Source: Dimargaris cristalligena (lineage: Eukaryota). From it: a stretch of DNA of 64,000 bases. The DNA lies in assembly GCA_003614675.1 (NCBI GenBank), contig ML002220.1, positions 1-64,000 of the forward strand, given 5' to 3'. Below, piece after piece: positions 1-11,419 of this stretch. The stretch's first letter is position 1; the number at the start of each line of letters is the position of its first letter. Under the pieces are notes generated by a model, which worked only from the letters and a program-made list of their open reading frames with translations, was not told the origin of the DNA and did not search any database. Made by a program: the position numbers and the translations under genes.

Positions 1-428
1 GGCCTGATATGACGGCGGTCATATCAGTTGGATTAGGACGGATTAGGAGGGGCGACACTCGGCAATAGTATTTTATGTAGCATGCAGCTAGACCAAGTCT
101 TACCTAAGTCGAGGATCTTCTCTATAGACGAATTAGCCTAGCCTTTACTCATTGGTCAATAAGTTTATTTCCATTTATACTGTTACGTGTCGGCCCGACC
201 AAAATAGTATAATAATATAAAAGTATATGAACGCTTATTATGCTGGACGTAGGAGCGGGAAAGAGCCTCCTAGAGCAAGGGGGAGGTGAGGGCACTTGAT
301 TTTGATAACCAATGACGGGGCAAATCCTCTTGTCTCGCTGGTTGTTATGCTAGCGCTACTATTGGCTGTGCGGGTTATAACAAAACCATAAAATGCGCCA
401 CTGAAGGTTAAAGGGCTAAGGAATTGAT

Positions 429-1808
429 TCAAACGCGCCTGGGCTTGCGGCACGATTTATTATGTAGTGTTAAAAGACAGGGAGTGGGAAATTGCTCATG
501 GCAAATTTTGCACAGATACGGCGCCTTCTTTTTGGTTATGTATAAATGCGCGCGTAGAGTCCTAGGCTTAGAAAAAATTTTGTTACAAAAAGTGCACGGA
601 TAAGCGTTGCGGGAACAGTTGATGGTCTTATGCTTGGCTAAAACGACTGGATTGGTTAACAAACTCCCGCATATATCACAGATCTGATCTCTACCACAGT
701 CGATTGTTTTGAGGTGGTAAAGAAGAGAGCTGAAACGGGTGAACTTTTTCTGGCAGATGGAACACACAAGACCCTTACAGATCTTCCTGTGTCTATCCGC
801 ATTTCTATAAGTTTTAAATAACTTTAAACATTTTGCACACTTCAGGCTCTCGACAAGTCGGTAGCCCTTGAGGGGTTGGTTAATGATATCCGGGGATTCC
901 TCTAGCATGGTTTTCAGGTCCGTCTCGGTATCACTGTGCCCACCATCGGAGACTTTGGCCGGGTGGTCCTTCACCACGCCATTGTAATCAATATTGCCAG
1001 CATCCTCGCTCGAAATATGTTCAGGGCTGGCTGGAGCATCAGCCTTTGAATCGCAATCACCGCATTTGACGCGCTGTGTTTCAATAAAACTACTCGCACC
1101 TTCGACGTCCACTAAGACCTCACAAGCTTCAGTGTCCGACAACTCAACTGTTACATCCGCGTATTCGTCCTCGGTCTGACAATCAACACCTGCGGGGGAA
1201 GATTCATCAACAGTGCCATATATAGCACAGTACTCTGCTAATTCCATACCGATGTCCTGTAGACAAGATATCACGGAGGATTCGTCTGAATCAACAGATT
1301 CGAAGTCGGAGCCACTATTTCCCTGATCTGGTACCTCGCTTGGGACATCTGGACACTTGTATGTCGGTCCAGCCTCGGAGCCGTTCGATGGTTCGACCCT
1401 ATTATTATTACTGGAATTCTGAACCATTTCGAAGCAGTTGTCGTTCCAACGGCTGTGCCCTTCCCAGGTGCCCGCGCTAGTTTGTACGTGTTCGTCGTCG
1501 TAATTGTCAAGGTCCCACTGGATGCTACCTTGGAATGGGAACTCACTGTCCATGAATAGCTCAGGACAGTATTCGGATAAAAACTCATTGGGGCCTGAGT
1601 CGCTTGAACTCGGCAGACTGAGCTGGCGCGATACCTGCCCATCAGGGCCGCTCCTAGCCAAAACATCAAGAGGGCATAAAAGGCTTTGTTCGGCCGATCC
1701 AACCGATGGAGTACTAGTTGCCATATCGCCAGGAAGGGGCCGGGCGGATATAAAGCAAGGAAGCCCCGCAGCCAAGCCAAGCTTGAAAACAGTTGTAGAT
1801 AAATGCAT
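429..1808 (-). CDS. Intronless 459-aa protein: predicted signal peptide, long acidic low-complexity region, five tandem C2H2-like (mostly C2HC) zinc fingers, basic C-terminus
   Basis: N-terminus MHLSTTVFKLGLAAGLPCFISA|RP; D/E/S-rich middle; CxxC-x3-F/L-x8-H repeats (CAKC, CSIC, CDIC, CTFC, CKIC); ends RKPRRV. Confidence 0.85.
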   Translation of the reverse strand: MHLSTTVFKLGLAAGLPCFISARPLPGDMATSTPSVGSAEQSLLCPLDVLARSGPDGQVSRQLSLPSSSDSGPNEFLSEYCPELFMDSEFPFQGSIQWDLDNYDDEHVQTSAGTWEGHSRWNDNCFEMVQNSSNNNRVEPSNGSEAGPTYKCPDVPSEVPDQGNSGSDFESVDSDESSVISCLQDIGMELAEYCAIYGTVDESSPAGVDCQTEDEYADVTVELSDTEACEVLVDVEGASSFIETQRVKCGDCDSKADAPASPEHISSEDAGNIDYNGVVKDHPAKVSDGGHSDTETDLKTMLEESPDIINQPLKGYRLVESLKCAKCLKLFKTYRNADRHRKICKGLVCSICQKKFTRFSSLLYHLKTIDCGRDQICDICGSLLTNPVVLAKHKTINCSRNAYPCTFCNKIFSKPRTLRAHLYITKKKAPYLCKICHEQFPTPCLLTLHNKSCRKPRRV

Positions 1809-4055
1809 ATCTAGGAACTGGAGGGTTTATGTCGAAGTAGGGATGAGACAATAGAAAAAAAGTCGGGCTTAAATTAAAAGAATAGTCAAAGTAATGGTGG
1901 GAAAAGGTTGATGGTAGCTGGCTTAAACGAAAGGTCCAAGTTAACTGGTGTTTTAAGCAAGTAAATCTATCAAAGGAGGCTATAAAGTGCGAGCACGTTT
2001 ATTTTTATTCAGCCTATTTTTTTACGCTGACCATACGTATTGGCGAGCCACCCTACCTACAATAACAGTTTATGCCCTCCTAGCCGCCTATGGAACTGAA
2101 CCGGCACAATATAGGCAGACCATATTGGGAGGTGCACTCCGTTTGAATCAGGCTATTTCACTGGTGCATCTTCCCTAGAGAACCGCTTTACACTTGGTGA
2201 ATTTGTCTATACAGTGCTACATTGGGTACAACACAGGGCACGGAAAGACAAGGCCAAAGGTATGAAGCGAAGAAGGGAGAAAGCTAACCAGGCCATGATC
2301 TCGCCCTGCTTCACACTAGGCCAAGTAGTACAGTGTCCAATTCATGGTAATAACCGAAGCCGGAACATTGCTATGTGTTACCTTCCAGGGCATCACCTGA
2401 AAGCTAACCACTAACGATCGCTGCTTTCCATGTGTGGCTTCTCATTTTTTAACAGACCATAGTATAAGCCAGTTACTTTTAGGTCTACACCTTTGCTGTA
2501 AAGGCATCGGGACGCCCATGCAATCTCCCTCTCTGGTGGGTAACTTTCGAGTATCAACTTGGGGGACTCAAAAATTAGGTGTAGGGAAGCGGGGCCTACA
2601 GAATAATGGGCAAGTGTACGAACTGAAAATGTCAACAGATTACGTATTTCCACCACCAAGCTTGTTTCATTATCGGACGGAGCTACATTATATAGGGCAT
2701 TGTCGAGCTTGCTAAGGCCGATAAGGGATAGGTATGTTTATTTTAATCTATAGCAGTTTAGTGGCTAGCGCAGCTTTTCCTTGGGCCTCTCTCATGGTCC
2801 ATAAAGCTAATTGGCAGTATTGTCTTGAACCTGGGCATATAGTGCGACTATTGTTCTACCTAACATATATAGATGTTACAAACGAGGCGTAGTTTCCTAA
2901 CCGTACGAATTCCATATAATCCTATGGTTGACAAAATTACTTTAAATATATATATATATATATATATATAATATAAATAGGCCAAAAACAGGGTAACTGT
3001 TAAAGCGGGTTTTACTAGCTGAAAAAATACCCCACCGATAATACTATGGACATTGCATCCAAGGCCTCATACAATCATTTTTATATTCATCCTTGTTTTT
3101 TTCCGCCTGCCCAATCCACCTTGGACATCGTATATTTTTATTTGAGATTCCCTAACTAATATTTATAGTAAGTTGCCTCTGTGAATCATCTTAAAATAGC
3201 AAAGCCTCTAAAGATTACATTTTGTATGAAGCTGCATTTTACTAAGCCAGGGTCGCAGCCCACCTATATTTATAGTAACCATCCAATTACGACTGTCTCG
3301 TATAACTCCTACGCGCAATAGCCCAATGGGAACTTCAGTTTTAGGTCAAATGGTATACTAAATGGCGACTGTGGGGGTCTATTAGAATAAGGGAGGGCAA
3401 GTGCCCTCCATATGATACTCTATTATTTGGGGGGGTGGCTATATAGGATACAGTGGAAATGTCAAAACAGAACCAACTATCCTATATTTTTAATTAACCA
3501 GCCGTTTGAGCAGAGGTACACACTGTCTAGTCAAATCACCCATCCCCTCTGTTCACTGGAGTTGGAAAATGGGATATATCTTTTAACCAATACTATATCA
3601 AACTAGTCCTTTTAACAATAAATTAAGGATAGCCAGCTTGTTTCTATCTCTACTATACCTTTCTTCATTTGTAAAAGGCATGTCTGTACTGCAACCGGCT
3701 ATTCGACGAAAATAATAGATTTTGTAACATCCAGTCGGACGGGTGGATTTACACTCGCTGGCTGTTATCAAAACTAGCAGCTCCCACCACCCCCTAACTC
3801 AAGGAAAATCATTCATGTATTCATCCCCACATCAATACACCCTATATACTACATTCTCATTCCTACCTATCAACACATAGCAATACAATTAATTAACCTT
3901 GAGGATATGTGATATTGGGCCAGGCTCGCCTATACCAATTAGCCACGATTACCACTGGGAATATTACCTATAGACTACGTCAAAGTGCTGGTCAACTATT
4001 ATAATATATGCCTAAAATTATGAATGTCCAACCGGATCAGCCATCTAATCAATAC

Positions 4056-4191
4056 TGGGGAGGTTCAGCCAGGCTGTATAACGAAAAATCCGCTGGATGA
4101 AGCAAATATTGCTGGTTAGAAATGAGGATCCCGCCTATTTTCCTATATACATACCTTGTGATGACTTATAAAGCTGGACTGAATTTCATAC
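4056..4191 (-). mobile_element. Degenerate copy of the 136-bp MITE family, reverse orientation
   Basis: Aligns by eye to the reverse complement of 7895-8030 (GCTGTATAACGAAAAATCC...AATATT..CTGGTT...TGAATTTCA); same length; right flank ATTT. Confidence 0.7.
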
Positions 4192-5079
4192 ATTTCTACT
4201 ATTTCTTAGGTCCGGCGTTTTTGGGCATGGCACGTCGTTGACTGAATTACATTCAAAAGCAAATCCACAACCGGCATCTTAAATACCACGTTATTTATAG
4301 AAGGTAAAGAAATAAGACTAGATAAATCATTCAGTAGTATTCGAATTAGAACCAAATGTTGCTAATGGAGTGAATAGCAATACCGGTTAATAAGGCTGCA
4401 GCGGTCTTCAGAAACGATCGCGCGATACTCCAAGAGAGAGAGAGAGCGCGAGACCGTATAAGAAAATGAGTCAAGGATTCATGACGAAATATGATGAAAT
4501 AAAGGGATGCGAGAAAGTGTTAAAAATAATAAGTAACGAATCAAAAAAAGGGGGGGCGAGGTTCACTACCGCTATATATTATTTTGAACGGAAATGCAAA
4601 TGGGGAAAGTGAGTGGGATATATTCGACATAAGCCAGAACTATCCAGTCCCACCGACAGAATTTCCGTTATATAGCTGGGTTGAACTGGCGCCTGAATAA
4701 ATTGAAACAAACTAGGTTAGCATGTTGAGCTCCGCTGGACAGGTGGAGGTGGGGGTGGGGTGTGTAGAATAAGGGAAATTATAGGTACATCATACTATCC
4801 TGGACGAGCTGCTCGTGCTGTGAGAGCAGGGCTTGCCGAACCTGGTAGCGTAACTGGGTTTGGCACCCCTTCTGCGAATTAAAGGGAAGACCGGTGAGGC
4901 CATCCAGCTCGTAGCAAAGGGCCTCGACAATCTAATATAAGCGAATGGATAGGGTATGTGTGGGTAAATATTAACGTTTTTGTGTTAGAAAGTCGGGAAA
5001 TATAATAAAGAAATGCATGGCCAAGACCAATACATATATGTATAGTAAACTACATAGAGGGTATATAAGAATGGCCGTA

Positions 5080-6982
5080 TTATCCTACCTTCCGATCCTC
5101 CGACGAAACAGGGATGGGCTCGCCGAATTTGGAGTTAAGCCGGGCTTCCTTGACTAGAGCGGTAGAGTCGATAGCATCACTCTCAGCGGCGTCGCTTGAA
5201 GTAGAGTAGGCCGTCGATCGGGGAGCAAAGGTATCACTATGACTCAGGTAGGCCGGCAGGCGTTTGGCCGGGTATAGTAGACCCGTAAATGGAATGCCCT
5301 GGACGGCCAAAAGCGAACAAAGCGAATGCAGGAAGGGGTCGTTGACCGTCGTGCTAGCGTCTAGGCGGGGCAAACTGGCGGGGGTCACTAAAACCAGGGA
5401 CGTGAATATAAAGGTGAAGTGGGATGGTCAACCAACCATGGAAAGTTAATAATAAACTATTTCAAGACGAGGGATTTTTAACCATTTAGAGGTAGGATGT
5501 TTACGTGTGGCATTACGGGGCGTTGGCTAACGAAAGATATAATAATACTTACTCTGACGAGAGTTACTGCTACCCGAGAAGAAGGACAGGTTGGTGGAGC
5601 TAACCGGAGCGCTAGCCGAGTGCATGATGGGCTCTTCGAACGGGGAACCAAACTCGTGCACCTGACCCTCTGCCCCCCGATTGGGTTTGAAGTCAGCGGC
5701 GGCAACGATGAGCACCCGCCGAACGGGGGACATGATAAGGACCTGGGAACCTTCCCCGCTCATTACCGAAGGTGAGGCACCAGCGGCAGCGGCAGCAGCA
5801 GCAGCAGTGGGGGCGAGCGGAGTATTCGCAAATGAGCCTTGACTATTGGCGAGAACGGCAGGCATATTATACGGCGATGTGGCCGACGAACCCACCGGGT
5901 CCCGACGGGTCGGGTTAGTCAGCCAGGCCACGAGGGCATCGGCGAACCAGGGGACACTCTGGGGGTCGGGTAGTCCGGTGATTTGCACCAACGAAATCCG
6001 TTCCGTTTCCGCCCAATCCGCCGTGACGTTCAGGACATGTACTTGGATTGCCCGGTGGTCCGCTGAACTCTTCGGACGTTGGGGGGGATGCTGCTGAAGC
6101 AGTACCTGAAGCCCCCGTGGGGGAGGCGACGGAACTCCGGTGGGAAGCAGTAGCGAAGGGATTTTCTTCGTGATGATGGGCGAATGCGGTTGAACTATCA
6201 GTGGGGGCGGTCTGGGCATGCTGAGTCAGACAGGTCGAAGACCCGGTCGTGGACGGAATGGTCGAGGTCGGGACACTAATACCCGGGAAATGGAACGGGG
6301 CAGCCGAGCGATCGGCCGGGTCAGCCGTCGTGGCGACCGAACGAGTGGGGGCGGCAGCGCCTTGATCCACCACCCCATATGGGTCTTCAGCCGATACCAC
6401 CTGCACAAAAGGCTGGGGGGCCTGGGCCGGGTCAGTATCAGCGGCGGGATTATCGAAGGCCGGGCCCTGCCAGGTATAAATAGCGGATGCTAGTTCGACG
6501 GTGGCATCCCCACAGCCAAAGACCGCCCGAACGGACGGGGTCAGACAGGGGGGTAGGAAACTGAGGGAGGAAACGGCCGCGGAGGCCGACGACAAGTGGG
6601 AGGCACCCCCCGTATTACCGGACCGAGCGAATCCTCCACCCCCCAGGGTAGAAGCACCCTGACCATTGGCGGACTTGCCAGCAGTGGCCGACGAACCGTT
6701 GGTCCCCGATGACCGGTACGGAGTAAACGAGTGGAGGGCCCGTAGACCGGCCAGGCGCACATCGGGGTAGCTCAGCACGACGGTGGGTTGGAGGGCGAAT
6801 CCACGGGGCACCTGGGGAGCCGGTTGGAGGGTGGTCAAGCCCAACGAGAGCGGAAATTGGAAACAGGTGGTCTGTGAATTGGACGAACAGACTTGCGGGG
6901 AGGCGGAGGCCTTGAGCAGGTGGAGAGCGTTTTCCACTCCAACAGGACTTGACCCGAGTACATGACTATCCAGGACGGGCAT
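5080..6982 (-). CDS. Hypothetical protein (~565-580 aa) with a frame discontinuity near 6063-6105; C-terminal alpha/beta region weakly reminiscent of the PAC1/PAC2 proteasome-chaperone fold
   Basis: ORF 5915-6982 reads protein-like to ..SAASP. ORF 5527-6219 continues (IQVHVLNV..ISLVQITG..WFADALVAWL..RRVLIVAAADF). Intron 5388-5552 (GTAAGT..TTTTAG) joins in frame to the last exon 5080-5387. Fold assignment is weak. Confidence 0.6.
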
Positions 6983-7894
6983 GGCAGCAAAGAGAATAAA
7001 GCGGAGCCTTCGTTGAATGTATTCGTGGAAAGGGGGAGGGAAGTATAGGTATAACTATAACTATAATTCGGTATCGAGGAACCAACCCAAGGAAGTGGGG
7101 AGTGGAGTATGGAGACTGGAAGAAATGCGGTCAGCTACGAAAGGCAAAGGTGGCTCGGGGATGTAGACGTAAAGCTCAGTTTAGTTACACAAGATGAGGC
7201 GAACCAGGGGGCTTGGAGTGCAGCTATAACAGGCAGTATTCAAGTCCAGGCAGTCCCCTCTCCCCACAACTTAGCCACTGCTTAAAGATACTTGAAAAAA
7301 AGCTGCCAGAACAGTCCAAAAAATGCCACACTCGCGAACCTTCAGGACCTCTCTCCTGTGCTTTTGTTCGAAGCCTACAATACATGGGTTTATATCTTTC
7401 ACGTATTCACGCAAATCCAAATAGCCAGCTTTCTATGCTGTATAGCCTGTACCATTTTATATATAAAACGGGCCCGGATTTTCATAATCTGTAACACTAG
7501 ACTTACATTTCAAATACTGGCCCCTCGAAGCAATGCGCCGCTATTATATGTGCTCTTCCTTGCCAATGGCCTCCACGAGAAACAGTACAAATCAGTTGGA
7601 TTAAACCAGCTGATAGATCAGTCGACTGTCCCCATCCCCTTACTTCAGTACAATGGTATTACAAATAAACCAAATTACTATGCAGCAGTAACTAATAGAT
7701 GTGTAAATAACACTTCCGCGGTTTGTAAGGCTGGGGTGAAACAATCCCAACGTGCAAGTGTGTTTAATGACAATCACCATGCTTCTTCTTCCATGGCTGT
7801 AGCCCTAACAACTCTCAGTATGGATTCATTTATCCTAAAAATGCCCAGGGTTATATAGTGGAGCCCATGAACCCCATGCAACACATATCCATAT

Positions 7895-8030
7895 GGGTGA
7901 ACTTCAAACCAGCTGTACAAGGTTTTACATAATAGGTGTATGGGCGAATATATGTGAGAATAGCTTTAAACCAGTAATATTGGCCGCATCCAATGGATTT
8001 TTCATTATACAGCCTGAATGAACTTCTCCC
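7895..8030 (+). mobile_element. 136-bp MITE (non-autonomous DNA transposon), ~26-bp imperfect TIRs, ATAT TSD
   Basis: Left end GGGTGAACTTCAAACCAGCTGTACAA; reverse complement of right end GGGAGAAGTTCATTCAGGCTGTATAA; ATAT at 7891-7894 and 8031-8034; three other copies in window. Confidence 0.85.
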
Positions 8031-8376
8031 ATATATAATCAGAAAGGCCTAGATTTAAGGACGGGTTTAGAAAGCCCAAGCCGGAGGGATATTACTTGTG
8101 TGGGCGGTGAAATGGGACCCTCCTGTAAGGTATTAGGCCAGTATGAAGGTCCCATGAATGGGAGAAAGTTCTTGAATCCACACACTCGCTCCCACCAGAG
8201 ATGGCGTGGAAGATCCTTCCTCCTCGCATATATCCTAGCGGAAAGAAGGTACGCAAGAAAGGGGGGTCCTGGGCGAATGCACATTAGGCACCAATGCCCC
8301 TCTCTTACTTTAAACCTGGCTCTTAAATTCCCTATTGTACATCCCATACCCTTTTCCCTTTTCACCACCCATCGGC

Positions 8377-9192
8377 ATGCCTGTATACGATTCCTTCGCC
8401 GACTTCGAAGCGGCTGCTCAGGAATTCTACCAAGCGGCCCCTGCCAATGTAAGTCCAATTAACCTATAGGTTGTCTGTATACGGCTGATTCTCTCATCTC
8501 TTACTTCCCAAGTCCTTTATCCGCCATTCCGCCGAGTCGCTCATAGTGAGACAGTTATGGGCCGCTGCATAAGCCAACATTAGCCAACCTCACGAAGCTA
8601 ACCAGCTAATATACTTAAATCCGTCCCATCCACCACACCTCCATGGACATGTACCTTATTGACTAAAGATCCGCTTCGTAACCAAATTTCAGCCGACCGA
8701 AGGCGCCATGCGATTCAAACTTACCAACGACGTAGTGGTAAGTCTCTCTGCCCGACCTATATACCTTATATTCAGTATAATACCCTTCAGTACAATGTGC
8801 AATTCACTGGGGATATACTTACCCATACTCAGTTCTACCAACCACGGCTACTAATTGCATCTCCTTCATCACCACTGTTCTATCTTTATCATACACTTCA
8901 CCTCCAACGTATTTTTTTGGTTTTCCGTACCGTGATAAATGTACCCTAGACTCTTCAATACTGCACCCAAACCCCCGCAGATTTCGACCGGGTTCGTGTA
9001 CTTCAAGAAACCCTGGCCAGTGCGATGCATAATATTTCCCGTCCGGCTGATTTTGATTTGCGGGAAATCGAGACCGCATCCGCCACCAACAACTCCACTT
9101 CGGCCGCGGGAGCTAAGCCCGCCAAAGGCGCTGCTAAAGCATCGGGTGGTAAAGGTGGGAATGCCCAAAAATCGAAAAAGAAGAAGCGGTAA
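8377..9192 (+). CDS. SRP9: Signal recognition particle Alu-domain subunit SRP9/SRP21, 128 aa, 3 exons (8377-8448, 8669-8737, 8950-9192)
   Basis: Spliced product MPVYDSFADFEAAAQEFYQAAPAN-IRFVTKFQPTEGAMRFKLTNDVV-TLQYCTQTPADFDRVRVLQETLASAM...GGKGGNAQKSKKKKR; two phase-0 GTAAGT..AG introns; pattern matches SRP9/21 with a basic fungal tail. Confidence 0.88.
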
Positions 9193-9806
9193 ATACAATA
9201 AACTAAGAGAGTTCAACGTAAATTGAAGTACGGGTTTACGTAAGGAAGGCATTGTAGCTGGTGTTCACGAATGCCAATCAGGCCAATTTCAAAGACTAGG
9301 GAACGGATGGGACTACATGGCCCGGGGGTGATTTACAGTCATGGTTGTAGTTAAAGTACCCCCCCCCCTAATGAACGCCAAAGGCTCCTGGCAATCCCAT
9401 TCGTTCTCCCGATACAGAATCCAGCGCCATCCACACTACCCACCTATCCTATAGTATTCGACATGTTCATAATTGTGAGTAATAAAAATCGATTCGGAAT
9501 CTACCTAAATAGCCAGGGTAGCTACCGAACTAAGGTCTTCAAAGCACAGTAAGATAATTTTATCCTGTAGCCAATACTATATCCAAACCACATGGTTTAT
9601 CAATTGAACTAACTAATGCATAAAGTGTGAAAAAAAAGAAGATTTTAAACGATGTCGATGAAAGAAAGTAAATCAAATGAAATGTATTCGGCACCAGAAT
9701 GTAAAACGGATGAAAACATAAGGGAAAGGGAATCGGGGCACCGGGCAGCCCGGCCTTGCTTCCTCTCCTTCCCTTGCTAATGTATTTGCATGTAAAAGAT
9801 GGATGA

Positions 9807-11419
9807 TTAACCAAGCCCCGAGTAGTCGGTTTTCAATGGGGCTCCCCCAGTGAATGAATGGCTCACATTATGGCTAGTCGCGGTGGGAAACAGTTGCATG
9901 AGTTGTAAAAAGTCGCGCGACAGGGCCTCGTCAACCGATTCGATTAATTTCGTGTTCATCTTACTAAAATTCTCCAATTTGTACAGCTGGAGCTTCTCTT
10001 TGAATTTCTGGGGGTCGGGGAAGTCGCCCGGAGCCAAATTATACTGGATCTGGATTTTCTTGAACTCGTCGGGAAGGTTGTCCAACAAGGCGGCCTGCTT
10101 CTTCTTCTTGCCGAACATGTTGGGCATGGACCCGCGAAGGTGGCCGATGATGAGGGCATGGACACGGGCGAGACGGGCGCGCTTGACGATTTCGTTGATT
10201 TTGCGGATGGCGGCACTCTGGGGGAGTTCGGTGAGTTCGCGCAACAGGTCGTTTTGCTCGGCTTCGAGGAGGGTCCGGCAGTCGTCGTAGCGGTGCTGCG
10301 GGGGTTCAATCCAGAAGGAGCCCAGGCATACTTTCATGACTTCGGGGGAATGGACCACCTTGCCGAGCGACCACATGAGAGCGCCGTAGACCCGCATGAG
10401 CTCTTGGCCGCTGACTTGGTCACATTTGTTGAGTACTATCCGTACTTTGTCCTCCTGACCGTGAAGGGCCCCAATGGCTGACTTCAGCTCATCGGAAATA
10501 TCCAGCTTGTGGCCGTCGAAGAGGACCAGAATCATGTTAGCCCGAGCGGCGAACCATTCAATGACCGCGGGAAAATCATACCCCCGCTGGATACGCTGTT
10601 TTTCACCCGATAGCACACCGGGAGAGTCCACAATGGTCATGGATTGAAGCAGGGGGTGAGGCATTTGCGAGACCTGAGGTGGACGAAAAGGAGTATAAGC
10701 GTGTAGGGAGGGGGGGGATGGGTGGAAAATTGCGAAAATCAGCACCCAACCAAGGGGCAAAGTACATGATGAATGACCAACCATAGCACAGTAGGCTCTG
10801 ATTTGCCTAATAGAGTGATACACATTGCATAATTGGCACGGCAATGGGAAGGAGGGGGGCTGTCCTACAATAGATACGGATTGGACAGTCTAAAGGAAAA
10901 AGGATCGATCATTTGATATGTACACTAGTTGGGTCAAACATTGGGACATTTGACTCTAAAATAACTGACCTGGAAGCGGGAGAGGAATGCGTTACCGTAT
11001 TTCTGCAGGCCTTGGAAGGGCATGTCACCCGACACGGCGGCAGCATGGCCCGGAATGACCTTGGGTTCAGGGCCACTTGTGATGGCGATGAAGCGGTCGG
11101 TGGTGGGTTCGATGCCGATATGCGCACCGGGGTAGGGCTGGCGCAGTAAGTACTCAACGAACGAGGTTTTACCAGTGGAGTACTGACCCAATAGGAGAAC
11201 CATAGGCTTGGCCTCAATGTCCATGTCGCTGAGTGGGGCTGAATGGAAGGCCTCGAAGTTATAAGTAGTCTCAAGCGGCTTGAGCTTCTTGCGATAAATT
11301 TTCTGCAGGTTTGCGATGGCCGTTTCATAAACCGTGTCCGTCGAGGACTGCTGCCCACCACCTTGATTGGATGGGGCACCAAAACTCTGACCGGCGATGC
11401 TAGGGGCGGGAGTACCCAT
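9807..11419 (-). CDS. EHD1: EHD-family (RME-1/Past1-like) dynamin-related ATPase, 438 aa, 2 exons (11419-10970, 10673-9807); no EH domain
   Basis: LKPLETTYNFEAFHSAPL, P-loop GQYSTGKT, IGIEPTTDRF, DSPGVLSGEKQRIQRGYDF, DGHKLDISDE, LNKCD, LMRVYGALMWSLGKV, KRARLARVHALII; phase-0 intron 10674-10969. Confidence 0.92.

Noticed and set aside
1987..3606. Short ORFs upstream of the zinc-finger gene
   Set aside because: No motifs or consistent splice structure; AT-rich intergenic DNA
7292..7858. 188-aa ORF
   Set aside because: TTG start, no domain, lies in the divergent promoter region between two genes
8039..9252. ORFs 8039-8458, 8100-8462, 8659-8949, 8819-9079, 8869-9252, 8939-9226
   Set aside because: Alternative-frame or antisense shadows of the spliced SRP9 gene
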